Positions 29,801 through 44,768 of a DNA stretch of 64,000 nucleotides are shown here, piece after piece; position 1 is the first letter of the stretch; each line of letters begins with the position of its first letter. Both the position numbers and the translations under genes were made by a program. The notes under the pieces are model-generated. The model saw nothing but the letters and a program-made list of their open reading frames with translations. It was not told where the DNA came from and ran no database searches. Location of the stretch: assembly GCF_963506605.1 (NCBI RefSeq), contig NC_083289.1:10850001-10914000 (forward strand), written 5' to 3'. This DNA is from Zootoca vivipara. Lineage: Eukaryota.

Positions 29801-32800
29801 ACCAATGTGTGTCCACACACACAGTTAGTACATTATCCCACAGAAGCCTTTGCCAACCTGGTACCCTCCAGATGTTATGACTACAACTCCCAAACACTTG
29901 GCACTGGAGGACACCAAGTTGGTGAAAGCTGTCTTATAGCCACTGTAAAATTAACAAAAACCATGCTTTGTTAAGATGTGTTCCTGATCTATAACTCTGG
30001 GTTGTTTCACTAGGTGGCACAACTGTTACAGAGCTGATTGCTTAATTTCTGAAATATATAAAAGCACTTTATGACTACAAGAATATAACTTTTTTGTTCA
30101 GGACCCATGGCCTGTTAAGTGACTCCTAGCTTCAGCTTTGGCTCATACAAAATTATCAGCCATTCTATGACTGTTATATCAAAGTAGAATGATGTGCTTG
30201 CATTCCGACAGTAAAAGCCAATAGGATTCAAGCGGCACACAAGCAAAATCTAATGAACTTGTGGACCAGTAGTCGTAGTGTTTGAGTTCATTATGGGGGA
30301 ATAGACCTGGGGTGAGGAACCTGGTGCCCTTCGCACATATAACCCCCATCAGCCCCAGTCAGCAATGCCAATGGTCAAGGGTGATGTAAGTTGTAGTCTA
30401 GCAACATCTGGAGAGCCACAGGTTCCCTACTCCTGGAATAGACCTTCCTAAATACTTGGTGCAAAATAATGCATTTAAACTAAACAATGAAAGAAGAAAG
30501 TTTTCAACTTACAACATCTGCTTCCTTCTTCCTTCTCTTTTTTCTTTCTGTTTTGGTTACCTGAAACAGAAGTAGCAAAATCAGAAATTAACAGGTTCAG
30601 AATCTGTTCTCCCAGTTACCCCTATGGTTCATTCTGCATCCTCATGCAACTTTCAATCCTTCACAAGCACTTTTCAAGGGCCCAATTAATGTCAGATGGA
30701 GATTTGGTATCTCATATAATGCTTCTCCCCTGCCCAGTACATCCCTCTGTGATTTCACTTCAAGCCTTCAAACCTCTAGCATTCCTAAGACACTGCTCAA
30801 TTAACTCTGAGGTGGTTGGAGGAGTCTAGAATCCTGCTGCCATGGTGATACCGGTACCTTTAAAAAGAAATCCAACAAAGGGGCAAATAAAAAAACAATC
30901 CTGCCCTGACTGCTTTAGTACTAACAACTGCCCTTTGCATATTTTTCCATGCTTCCAGCTCTGTCCAAGAGACTTGGCTCCATTCTAGAATGGCAGCCAT
31001 TAAAAAGATGTGAGCACACAGGTGTACAATTATGAGATTGTATTCAACTAAGCAGGGCTGGCCCAATACATTTTGGCACCTGCGGCAGACACCCAAATGA
31101 TGTCCCCCTCCCTGCCAGGGAAGGAGTGAGGGAAGGTCTGTATCGGGATCTGCTGCCTCCGTAAATCCTGACACCTGAGGCAGTCACCTCACCTAGCCTC
31201 ATGGGTGGGCTGGCCCTGCAACTAAGTTCTATTCAAAGTAGACCCACTGAAATTAATGGACCTAAGTTAGTTGTGTTCATTAATTTCAATGGGCCTATTC
31301 TGTGTAGGTCTAATGAAGGATACAGTCAATAGCTTGCAAAAATTATCTTCATCCATGTGCTTTTCTAGAGAAGAGCAGTCCCCAAGCACAAAGGTTTTAC
31401 CAGGAAAAAGAGATGTCCATCTCTAGCAAAGCATTATGCTCTGCAATAGTGGAGTGTTGTTTGTGTGGCTAAAGCTGCAGTCTTCTGGGGGTAATGCCAC
31501 TGCTCACTGGGATGGGGTGAGGTAGCACTGAGGTTGAGGGAGCTCTGGATTGGCCGTTGCTGCTCCTCAGGTATGCACACACTGCCTTGTCTCCTTCTGC
31601 ACTTCACCTTCTCACCTCACACTGATGCTTCTTGGTCTTAATTTTGTGTTGATTACTGCAAGCTAACCTTTTCAAATTGCATTTGTTATTTAACATACTA
31701 ATTAGGGAGACTATGAAAGATATTAAACTGCAAAGTGGTTTGTGCCAGGACCTCAGCAACAAATGCCCTTTCTACAAAACAAAGCTTTAAGAGGCAGTAA
31801 GGTCACAAGAGGGAGGCTCTTAAGGTACAGAAAAAGAATGTGATCCTTATTCCAGTGGGATGTAAGAGTAATCATTTGGTAGGATGTGCCAGGCCAGTTT
31901 ACCTTTAAGGCAGTACAATTCGAAGGCATATATTCTGTCATATATTCATCCAAAAACACCTTGAAGGTATTGACCCAGACCCGGACAGGCGATTCATGCC
32001 AGTCTCTCTGTTCAAGTCTCATTGTTTTCTCTAGAATCTGTTCAAAGAGGGCATGCAGGTCTTTGTACCGGATGCAGTTTCCATCACCCATCTATAAAGA
32101 ACAAAGAAGTGAATGTGGATTTCTCTCGATCTGCAACATTTCAAATTTATTTATTTTTATATTGTGATACAAAGCAAGTATTAGTTTAAATCAAAGCTCA
32201 ACAACAGTACAGCAACAGTGCAAACACAAATTATAAGTAATAAACTTAATTAGCTTTGCTTGTTCTTAATATTGTTATCACCTAGATGAACAGAAGATTG
32301 CAGCCACTTTGCTCCTCCCTCTAGTCCTGCTGCCGCCACACTGCTGTGAACTAAGCCACTATGTCCACAACTGGATTCATGGGTTTTCTTGCTCTACACC
32401 AGGGGTTGTCAACCTGGTCCCTACCGCCCACTAGTGGTCGTTTCAGGATTCTAGGTAGGCAGTAGGAGAGGAGGGGGATCAACGGCACAAGCTGAATCCT
32501 CCTTCCATTGAGCACTGGTGGGTGGTAAGGAAATTTTACCATCAAGAAAGATGCATTAGTGGGCAGTAGGTATAAAAAGGTTGACTACCCCTGCTCTAGA
32601 CAAACCATGAGCTGTAGTCAACCTTAATCCACTTCCCCCTTTTTAGAGAGCTAATGTGTCACCCTGGTATGCAATAATAATGAGAAATTTCAAGGATTCT
32701 GAAAAGTTTTGAAACTTGGTAGCAACCAAGAGCCTACAATCTAAAGCTCTTCACCTCATAACATAGTCACCCTGCAACTTACTGCCAAAGCTGATGAGTA

Positions 32801-35800
32801 GAAACTGAGGATATTTTGTCGGAATTCTTTCAAGGCTTTTTTAAAGACAACATCCACCAGAGTGTCCTTTTGGCAGTCCTCACTATCAAGATCATTCATC
32901 TGTGAAACAACAGAATAAAGTTAAACCATATCATTAAATTTCAATAGCTAATGAGCAAAAGAACATGAGAGGCAGAGGTTAATTCCATCATGCTCTGGTG
33001 TGAGCTACTGTATTTACATGAATCGAATGTGCCATCAAATCTAATACGCAACTGAATTTTCAAAACCTTTAAACAAAAAAATTATTTGCTGGCGAATGTA
33101 AATGCGCCATCAAATCTAATGCACACCCTAATTTTCACAACTTAATTTGGCCAAAAAAGTGTGCATTACCATTCAAGTAAATATGGTATTTGGGACACTT
33201 CGGACACAGCTGAAATGGAGCTAAACTTGTTCTCACTAGGGGTAGGGAGTAGACTTAGCCCCATGCCAAAGGGGGACTTTGAGAGCATTTCTTAACTTTC
33301 TTGCATATAAAGTGAATGCCTGCACACCTCTGAAGATTAAGAAATGCACTTGGAGATGCTATTATGGGGTGAGGAGAGGTACCTGCCCTCCAGCCCCACA
33401 ACACTGGTGGTCCCCGCCTCAATGACAAGAGGTCCTGCAACAATGCACAAGAAGTGTGTTTCTGTACCATAAGGAAACAGAGGCACAGTGCACCTGCATC
33501 CTCACTGCAATATCAGAGTTCTAAAGGGAATGAAATGGCGTTGCGCAGGGGTTTAAATCATCCTGGCCACGCCCCCGAGCCTCCTGATTGGGTGCTCGGT
33601 GCTGTGATGTGGCTAGGACACCTTGCTGTGATGCGGGACATTGTCCCGCCAACACTGAGGTGGGAGGAAGTGTGCCCGGGAGGCCAAAGCACAACATGCC
33701 TCCGCTGTGAGGCGGAAGCGACCTGTCATAGAATGGTAAGATACCCACAATTAAAAGACCATCTTATAAGCAATTCTACTTATTTATAACTTAAGAGCTC
33801 TGCTTGATCCAGCTATCAGATCAATCTAGTCTAGCTTCTTGTTCCCCACAAAGTCAAGAAAAGCACAAAACAGGGCTACAGGCAATAAGTGCATTCCACC
33901 CAGCTTTTGCAGCCTAATTGGAATTCAGTTGCCTTCATAATATAGTTATAATGGCTAATGGCTGCGCCTTTATAATTTTTCTCTATAAAAGATATGAGAT
34001 GCAGGACTCTTGGGCTGTCCATTTTTAAAGTTTGGTTACCTTTTTCAAGAGGAACTCATCCATGCTTTTCAAGTCACTGACGCTGGTTATGATCTGTAGA
34101 GCGTCATTCTGCCACTGTGCAGGTTCCATTGTCACATTGCTGATTTTCAGGCTGCGCTTTCGCTTCACCTTGGGAGATGGCTCTTTATTCTCCTTACATT
34201 CCCTTCGATAGATGCCAGACAACTCAGGACTCCTTGGGGGTGTCATCTCTAAAAAGTGCAAAGTAATGCATGTCACATCAAGCAGCAGGGTTTTCCAGCT
34301 CAGACATATATTGCAAGCATCTTTTTTATATAAATTATTTATTATTTTAATGTTTTAAAATACAGAAACAAGGTTAGGAAAAAGAAAAAGTACACACAAA
34401 AGGTATATGAAATATAAAAATTAACACAAAAATTACAAAATCAAAGATACATAATGAAAAAGATGTGAGCAAAAAAAAAAGAATGACCATAAAAGCAATG
34501 ATTCCAATTATTCTCTCTGTAGTTTGTATTTTTCTTATTTTATCGCACATTTATGAATATCTACTTATCGTTTCATTTCTTCCTATTTGTACCAGGTTCA
34601 GCCTATATCTGCTATTAGGGTTTCAGATATACCATTGTTCAATAAATATTCTTTGAACATTCTCCATTCCTTCTGTGTTTTTTGCAAGCATCAATGCTCC
34701 AGTTCAAAGGTTCTTTATGCCCCTGGAACCTTGATGTGTGCACAAGAAGCTGCTGCATGCCCAAAGGATTCCCACCCACTACATTGTCAGGATTATTCTT
34801 AGAAATCTAAGGCAAATTATGGGCAAATACTAAATACAGCTGCCAAGAGGTAACTTTGCACAGTGCATCTGCAACCATTGGGAAAGTTTCTCCTTACTAC
34901 TTACAAGAGAGACAACTAGCTTACCAAGCGGCACATTATGATTTGCAAAGGGTTGTCTGCAGTCACCCTGTATCAAGCACCTATGTCATGATCCCCCCCC
35001 CATAAACAAAAGTGATTTGAAATCCAATACACACAAACCTTTTTGCCTCACTGCTTATTTTTCCCCTCTGTATCTCGTGTGTAACCTCTCGCTACCTGAA
35101 ATTTGCATAAAAATGCAATAGTGCCATTTCTCTTACCTTCTTCATGTTGTAGACCTGAAATAATCTCTCTTCCTGGTGCATCTTGATCAGAATGCAACTC
35201 CAACAGCTCTGACTGGGTAGCAAGCTTCTCCCTGTGGGTCTTCTTCTCAACTTGTCTCCCTTTCCCCCAAAATCTCATCTTGGCTCTCTGAGGCCTGATA
35301 AAAGGCAAATGAAAAGAGAAATTACTTCAAGTCAGGCTGCCAGTTTTATTCCGTACCTGCTTATTGCAATGCAAATATCCCTTCCTAAACATTTTCTAAT
35401 TGTTACTTGGAAAATAGGAGGAAAGTAATGCAAGTATGAATATTCAACCCTGTTAAATCAATTCCACATTGCATTACACTCAGCTTCATAGAAAGGCTTC
35501 ATGAGATCAGCTTTTAAATATGGGATTTGTTTGACAGCACCCCCATGTAAAACAAAAAACCCCTATCAGAAAGGCTTTTAAAAATGTGGTTAACGGCATT
35601 CTTCTCATCTCAATTACATGCTTCTGAATTGGCCCTTAGATAAGTCATGAGCTCTCAGGAAGATTTGTCAAGCATCCAAGGCAACTAATGCTACGGTGCT
35701 TAAATAGCACATTACAGAATGTTGCCTGCTACTAGAAAGTGAGAGTTCATTTCTTTTATATAGAATTTAGTAATCTGTATCCTCCAACAAGGTCGGGTTG

Positions 35801-38800
35801 CTTTAATTTCCAGCCTGGAATTAAATGCAACCTTTGTAGTACAACTTGTAGTACAGCTAAGGTACTTGAAGTGTGATGCAGGTCTCTACAGAGGAAGAGA
35901 GGATCTCTTTCTGCCCCACCTATCATATTTTTGTGCATCTTTTAGTGGGACCAAAAGATGGTCTTGCCTTTCCCATCAAATTCCAGCCAATCACTATAAA
36001 GCATTATAACCAGAGTTGGCAATACACTTTCTTCCCATTCTTCCAAAGGTGCTGGAGACTATAAGAATAGATTTGGCAGTCAATTAACTTTTGCTTTAGC
36101 TGAGAACAGCTTCAGACATTGCAAGTAATAGTGTTAATGACTTGCAATCCTTCCCTTCTTTCGTTACTTGTGTGGAATGTCTGAAATAGTCACTCATACA
36201 GTTTCTCCTCAGAGGCTTCCTATGAGTTTTAAGAAACTTTGCAAGGCAGTGTTAGTTTACACTGTTCATTTTTCTATGTTGCTGTATTGTTACTGCACTC
36301 AATCTCCTGTATCACCAGAGACTCAAAAGTCTCTGCCATGCCATGATCATGCTTTCCTTTGCTAATAACTGCTTCCTTAACCCTTAGAAACAAACAGTGA
36401 AAAGCCTGTGAAAAGCCTCCTTTACAAAATAACTCCTCATATACAGAAAACACATTAGTTGTGAAAACAAGGTGGTACAAAGTTATTGTAGACAATGCTT
36501 CTGGTCATTCAGATTCACCTTAAATTACAGATTGATTTTAATGAACAATTACTCCTGGGTTAACTGTTTGAACTAAATCCTGTAACATCCTACAACCCAC
36601 GGGATCTCTTGTGCTGAGCATTCCAATTACAGCTCTATTCCATGCAGATGCATTTCTCATCATCTCATGAGAACTAACTCCGCAAATGGAATCATACAGT
36701 CAAATATGTTATCTGCACCAATTCCTTTTTTAAAAAATAATGTTTATTAATTTTACACAATAAAGCAAGACATATATAACATATTCTCCCCCTTCTTCTA
36801 CCTCCCCCCCACGAGCCCTCTCCTGCCACGAGAGTCCCATGCAAAGTGGATAATTGAAGGTGGTCCATTTCATAATTGGGTTTATGCCACCAGGAAGCTC
36901 TAGGATGGAATCTGCACCAAATCCACCCTCCAAAATGTATAATCTTTTATGCAAACGAGAAAGCAAAATATATAGATGAATGGAATGGCTTTTTGAAATT
37001 TGTCCAAACATCCAGGAAATAAAATGCAGATATGAAGGAAAAAGAAAATTAGAAGCAATTAACTCAGGATCTCCCCCTTTCTTTTGGCTAGACATTTTAT
37101 ACCTTCCATCTGCAGCTGCAGTCTTCTGTGCAGCTGCCAGTTTTCCAATCTCTCCTTGAGACATTGTTTTGTGAAGTGTTGTTTGGCCTTCATTTGAAGA
37201 GAATCGTTGTAGCAGCTGCAACAATTAGAAGCACAATAAATACTTCAGAACCCACAAGGTTGCTGGATATTGTAAGGATATACAATCATCTTATAACGGT
37301 GTAGATATTTAAGCTGCTGCAGAGAATACAACTCACTATGAAAGATAAACTTGGAGGGAAAATGGTTTGCCTTGACTTCTGGCTTGGTTGCCAAAGAACC
37401 AGCTATATAAGGAAAACATCTACAGGTCCCTTGTTACAGAGGGAAGGAATATGCAGTACATCAGTCGCCTGCCACTATTGGCTCAGAAAGTCAATAGCAG
37501 AGAAAACAGCAAGGAGCTCCATGTTTATTTTCTGTCTGATGTATTTTCGGAAGCTGCCAGATGGTGCCTGTTATACTTCCGAAAATGCTTCACACCCTCC
37601 TTATAAGATGTGATTATGGATTATGGTAGAGAGGTTTGCTATAGCAACTTTTCCAGGCACAGCGAGGTTGGGGGTGGGGTGTCTAGCAGGTTACTGGAAA
37701 TTCAGATATGAGAAATGAACACAAAGCAGTTTATTGTAAATGATTTTTTTTCCTGATGAGATTGAGTGTAGGGCTAGATAAGGGAAAGGAAGGGAGAAGA
37801 GCTGGAGTTCTCCCTACAGTCAAAAATCAGTGGGCTGTGAATGTTCAGTTCCAACAGTAACATTGAAGCAATAGTAACATTGCTAAAGAACAACAATGAA
37901 ATAATGCCCCCCTCTCCCGTTTCTGGACTTAATAGTCAACTCAGGCCAGGTGAGACCTGCAGGCAGAAGTTCACTGTGCATAGATACCTGTATGAATCAG
38001 CAATAAGACATAGCTAGCCTGTCTGTCCTCCCAGAGTTGCCATATGCACTGCCTTGTCCCATGAACTTAACTTGGTTTAGTAAGATGATACAGGAACAAG
38101 ACTTGTACTTGTGCCTGAGAAATCCCTGCTGAAATCCCTGAGAAATCTATCTAGCCCAACATCCTGTTTGCCATTGTGGCCAACCAGATGCCTCTGGGAA
38201 GACCAGAAGTAGGATGCGAGAGCAAAAGCCCTCTCCTGTTCCCCGTGGCCCTCATGATGAGCTGTCACTGTAAGTCTTAGCCTCCATTAATTTGTCCGAT
38301 TCCCTTTAAAAATCAGCTAAGCTGGTGGGCATCACCACATCATGTAGATTTTTGTGCAAAGTAGTATTTTTTCCCCTGTATGTCCCAGATTTCTCACCAT
38401 TCAGCTTCACTGGATGGTCCTGGGGCCTCGTATTACAAGGGAAAAATACATCACTATCGTTTTCCTCCACACATAATTTTGCATACCACTATCATACTTT
38501 TCTCACTCACATTTTAAATAGAAAGTAAAGATCCCCAAACATGATAACCTTTCCATATAGAGCAATTGCCCACAATCTTTTGAGTTTTTCCCACACCTTT
38601 TCCAGTTCTAAAATATCATTTTTGAACTGTGGTAACCGGAACTGTACACAGCAGTCCAAATGTGATCACTTGTGAAAAGCCAGAAAGTCTTCAATCAACT
38701 AGTTTCCCACTGCATTTGAAACAAGCAACTACAGTTACCCAATTAAGAAAAGCCAGCATCTTGAACTACTTATTGAAGTCGTTTTTTGACTGAATAATAA

Positions 38801-40614
38801 TAATAATAATAATAATTTATTATTTATACCCTGCCCATCTGGCTGGGTTTCCCCAGCCACTCTGGGCAGCTCGCAACAGAATATTAAAATACAATAATCT
38901 ATTAAACATTAAAAGCTTCCCTAAACAGGGCTGCCTTCAGATGTCTTCTAAAAGTCTGGTAGTTGTTTTTCTCTTTGACATCTGGTGGGAGGGCGTTCCA
39001 CAGGGCAGGTGCCACTACCGAAAAGGCCCTCTGCCTGGTTCCCTGGAACTTGGCTTCTCACAGCGAGGGAACTGCCAGAAGGCCCTCAGCACTGGACCTC
39101 AATGTCCGGGCAGAACGATGGGGGTGGAGACGCTCCTTCAAGTATACTGGACCAAGGCCATTTAGGGCTTTAAAGGTCAGCACCAACACTTTGAATTGTG
39201 CTTGGAAATGTACTGGGAGCCAATGTAGATCTTTCAAGACCAGTGTTATGTGGTCTCAGCAGCTGCTCCCAGTCTACGGCATTCTGGATTACGGTAGTTG
39301 TAGTTTCCGGGTCACCTTCAAAGGTAGCCCCACATCCAAGCGAGAGATAACTAGAGCATGCACCACTCTGGCGAGACAGTCTGCGGGCAGGTAGGTTCTC
39401 AGCCTGTGTACCAGATGGAGCTGATAAACAGCTGCCCTGGCCACAGAATTGACCTGTGCCTCCATGGACAGCTGTGAGTCCAAAATGACTCCCAGGCTGC
39501 GCACCTGGTCCTTCAGGGGCACAGTTACCCCATTCAGGACCAGGAAGTCCTCCACACCTGCCCGCTTCCTGTCCCCCACAAACAGTACTTCTGTCTTGTC
39601 AGGATTCAACCTCAATCTGTTAGCCGGCATCCATCCTCCAACCGCCTCCAGACACTCACACAGGACCTTCACCACCTTCACTAGTTCTGTTTTGAAAGAG
39701 AGGTAGAGCTGGGTATCGTCCACATACTGATGAACACCCAGCCCAAACCCCCTGATGATCTCTCCCAGCGGCTGCATCTAGATGTTGAAAAGCATGGGGG
39801 AGAGGACAGAACCCTGAGGCACCCCACAAGTGAGAGCCCAGGGGTCTGAACACTCATCCCCCCACCACCACTTTCTGAACATGGCCCAGGAAGAAGGAGC
39901 AGAACCACTGTATGACAGTGCCCCCCGCTCCCAACCCCTCTAGACGATCCAGAAGGATGTTATGGTCGATGGTGTCAAAAGCCGCTGAGAGATCCAGCAG
40001 AACTAGGAAACAGCTCTCACCCTTGTTCCTCGGCTGCCAGAGGTCATCGACCAGTGCCACCAAGGCATGATGAGGCCTGAATCCTGAATCCTGACTGGAA
40101 GGGATCCAAATGGTCCGCCTGGTATTGGCTCTTAAACTGTCAAGCAAGAGAGCTGTTGTGTTGCCTAGCAACCACTCAGAATGCTTTGATTCTTCAATCT
40201 AGAGTTCTGATTGGCTATGTGGTTGTGAATGAGTTTTTCCCTTGTATAGTTGCTGTGGACCAGGCCTGAAGTCTATTTCTCCAAAAATTATATAATGTAT
40301 ATATAATATTATACACTGCTTTTGTTCCGGTTACCCTCAGTAAAATAGTAGAGTAAGCCTGTAATTTACGGACATTTAACTCATGTGCATTCTGCTTTAT
40401 GTGCTTGGCAAAAAAGACTGACTATAGTTGTTGTTGTTTTAAAAAAGAAATTAATTAAAAGGGGAGTGGAAAGGAGGTGGGCAGTCTGGGAAAAAATATT
40501 TGCACAATTCAACCCCGCACTGAACCGAATATGCTTTGACATATTGGACAGTGTTCTCGAAGCTATCAACACGAGTCTGACCAAACAGCCAGATGGGCGG
40601 GGTATAAATAATAA

Positions 40615-40654
<40 letters not shown>

Positions 40655-43600
40655 GGGAGTGTGTATGGGTTTATAAAAACCTCTTGACGTGTGTGGCTGG
40701 AATGCAACCTATTGTACAAAAGTAAGAGTCATATCTTTTGCTCTGCTCACTTTTGGCCTTTGGTCCTGCCCACCACTGGCATTGTGACCCCAGAAGGTTG
40801 TCCATGAGGGAATGTAGCCCCCGTTTTGAACAATACTCCCTACCAGTGGTAAAGGTAAAGGTAAAGGGACCCCTGACCATTAGGTCCAGTCGTGACCAAC
40901 TCTGGGGTTGCGGCGCTCATCTCGCATTATTGGCCGAGGGAGCCGGCGTACAGCTTCCAGGTCATGTGGCCAGCATGACACAGCCGCTTCTGGCGAACCA
41001 GAGCAGCACACGGAAACGCCGTTTACCTTCCCGCTGTAGCGGTTCCTATTTATCTATTTGCACTTTGACGTGCTTTTGAACTGCTAGGTTGGCAGGAGCT
41101 GGGACCAAGCAACGGGAGCTCACCCTGTCGCAGGGATTCGAACCACCGACCTTCTGATCAGCAAGCCCTAGGCTCTGTGGTTTAACCCACAGTGCCACCT
41201 GTGTCCCTCTACCAGTGGTACACAAGTACAATCTACCCAGCTTTGCTATAGCAACCGAACATTTGCAGTAGGAGAAAACACCATGACTGTAATGCAGTAG
41301 AAGATAAAAGGACCATATAGCTTCACTATATCTGTAACTAAGAATGGCTTCACTATAGATATTATTGCTTTGCTGACTTCTTTGGAAAAATAGCAGGCTA
41401 GTGAAATGCGATCAGTCTCCATACTTTGTGAGAAGATTAATTGCAACCTCTGCTCGCACCTCCAACTGCAGCCAACAGACAGATTTGGAAGGATAAACTG
41501 TTAATCTCCCAACTTCTCTATGTACTGAAATTTATTCAGAAACTTCAGAACTATGAATCACAATAAACTATGTACACTACTTAGAGATGAATATATTGTT
41601 GAAATAAATAAAATAAAGATTTAAAAAGAACCTGTAGTCATCCCTCTCAGCATAAATACCCAACACAGCATGCGACTAGAAAAGTTTCCTACTAGATAAA
41701 AAAAAATGTTTCTTTGTCCTAAACTTGAGATTGATCTCCCAACCACACAAGTTATTCAAAAAAGGATGTCATTTCTGGTGCAGAACTCATAAAAGCTATA
41801 AAATGAGACTTTGTGGTGTGCAATGCAGAGAACCATTAATTTCATTAAAAAAAACAACAACCAAGTTTCTACTTACCCGTATATTCCGGTGTATAAGACG
41901 ACTGGGCGTATAAGACGACCCCCAACTTTTCCAGTTAAAATATAGAGTTTGGGATATACTCACTGTATAAGAAATACGACCCAGCGTATAAGACGACCCC
42001 TGACTTTTGAGAAGATTTTCCTGGGTTAAAAAGTAGTCTTATACGCAGGAATATACTGTATATTCATGTATATGTTGCTGTGCAACACTTATCGCTGTCC
42101 AGGAACAGATGTTCAATTCCTCTGTGCAGTGATGGATCATGATCTGCTTTGCCACAGACAGTTAGCCAAGCTAGTCAGCAATAGAAGGGTTGTCACTTAA
42201 TCAGATTTTATAAATCAATGCTATGCTAGTATCTGTATTATATTTGCACTGTAAATGTATTTTTTTTTAATGGTATTGGGGAAAGGAGGTGGAAGTTGGT
42301 TATTCTGTTAGCTGATTCTTTGCCTGAGAACATGGGAGTGTGGTGACTTCAAGCAGACACTGTCTGGAGGAGTTTGTGAGGACAGGCAAGCTAAGGATTA
42401 ATAACTTATGCGCTGCTATAAAGGAGTTTTGAAAACAAAAAGGACTAAACCCTCTCTTAGGCTCAAGGGAGAGAAACACATTGTATTCATTAATATATAT
42501 ACAGTTGTACCTTGGAAGTCGAATTCCAAAACGTTCGAAAACCAAATCGCAGCTTCAATCAGAAGCCACGGAAGCCCCATCGGACGTTCGGGTTACAAAA
42601 GAACGTTCATAAACCGGAACAATCACTTCCAGGTTTGCGACATTCAGGAGCCAAAACGTCAAGAGTTCCAGGGCAATCGGGATCCAAGGTACAACTGTAT
42701 ATGAATAATACTTGTTCGACTGTTGCCAACCTGTCAAGTAAATATGTATCTTCAAGTCTCGTGTAAAGTGCCTATTTTATCACAAATAGCTAACACGCTA
42801 CGCCTAAGATTGCTTTAATGCACTCAAAAGCCCGTGACTAATGTACAACACTGGAAAAACATTGACTTTCAGGGCTTTTGTTCACTAACAACCAACTGGT
42901 GCAGAGGCAATAACCTACTTTGTTTCTTTCATGAAATCAATCAACTCTGCATATAGTCAGACTGCCTGGCATGCCTCCTCCTTTACTTTAAGCTCAAGAT
43001 AAATACCCTACATCAGGGGTCAGCAAACTTTTTCAGCACTGTCCCTCAGACCTTGTGGGGGGGCCAGACTATATTTTGAAAAAAATATATGAATGAATTC
43101 CTATGCCCCACAAATAACCCAGAGATGCATTTTAAATAAAAGCACACATTCTACTCATGTAAAAACACCAGGCAGGCCCCACAAATAACCCAGAGATGCA
43201 TTTTAAATAAAAGAACACATTCTACTCATGTAAAAACATGCTGATTCCTGGACCGTCCACGGGCCGGATTTCGGCCCCCGGGCCTTAGTTTGGGGAACCC
43301 TGCCCTACATGCTTGTGAATATATGCCAATGTCCTTTCCTATATCCACTGCTGTACTGAAGCTTGCTTTATTATTACTTGAGATTAAAACACAGCCTCTG
43401 CAAAGGGTAGCCATTAACATCTGAATACTAATGAACCACAGGAAAATTGATCAAACACCGAATATATCCCACTCTAACTAGCCAGATTAGAAAGAGAAAC
43501 TGGCCCCAATGGTCAAAAACAACCAACCTTAGGAAAGCAGGAACCTAAGTCCAGTGAAGCTAAATATATGTTGGGAATATTCACATGCCCAGCTTTAAAT

Positions 43601-44722
43601 GCCTATGCAGTATACTTATACACATGTATACGGCATACTTATGTACATGTTTATACGGTTTTAATATATAACAATGGGAATGTAATTCAGCATAAGCTAA
43701 AAAGCAGAGCGGCTGCCCCAAAGTAGGTGTGCCAAACTACCAGTGAGAAAGCTTGTGAAGCCCCAAGGGCAGCATAGGAAAAAAGAGAATATCAAATGAG
43801 ATGAGAGTTTAGGACTACTTGCATGCAAATGAAACCTGTTAAACTATGGCAGCGGAATCAGAGGAGCATTTTGAAAAGTGGCATGAATGGGACTCCTTCC
43901 GAATATGGAACTCTCCAAGCAAACAGTAAGCCCAGCCCCCTTCCCACCTTAGCAGTGATTCCCAGTGTGAAAAGCTTTACTGATAGTTAAACTAGTGATT
44001 TGTAACAAGGTAAACCTCCAAGAACATAGCACATTTCCTGTATGCACAAGGGAGAAAGCTTAAAGCTACTTCACTACCCTCTCACTGGGCTCTTCATAAC
44101 AATCTGTGTAACAAACACAAGAACTGAATCAATGAAGATGCTAACCAGCTGCTCTGGTAGCAATGTTGTGACACAACTATATCCCCAAAGTTTTCAGAAT
44201 AAGTTCTCTTGAGAAGCCCCTATGCTATGGCTTTGAGTACTTAAAAACACTCATTGCCTTGAAGGCTAATTAATGAATATGAACTTCAGGGAATTAGGAA
44301 ATGGCTGTTCCATATAAACAGTTCTACCATCACTTTTAGAGGGATACTCTACTGGTGCTGACCTTTAAAGCCCTAAATGGCCTTGGTCCAGTATACCTGA
44401 AGGAGCGTCTCCACCCCCATCATTCTGCCCGGACACTGAGGTCCAGCGCCGAGGGCCTTCTGGCGGTTCCCTCGCTACGAGAAGCCAAGTTACAGGGAAC
44501 CAGGCAGAGGGCCTTCTCGGTAGTGGCACCCACCCTGTGGAATGCCCTCCCACCAGAGGTCAAAGAGAATAACAATTACCAGACCTTTAGAAGGCATCTT
44601 AAGACAGCCCTGTTTAGGGAAGCTTTAATGGTTGATGGATTTCTGTATTTTAATATTTTGTTGGAAGCCACCCAGAGTGGCTGGGGGAACCTGGCCAGAT
44701 GGGCGGGGTATAAATAATAATA

Positions 44723-44768
<46 letters not shown>

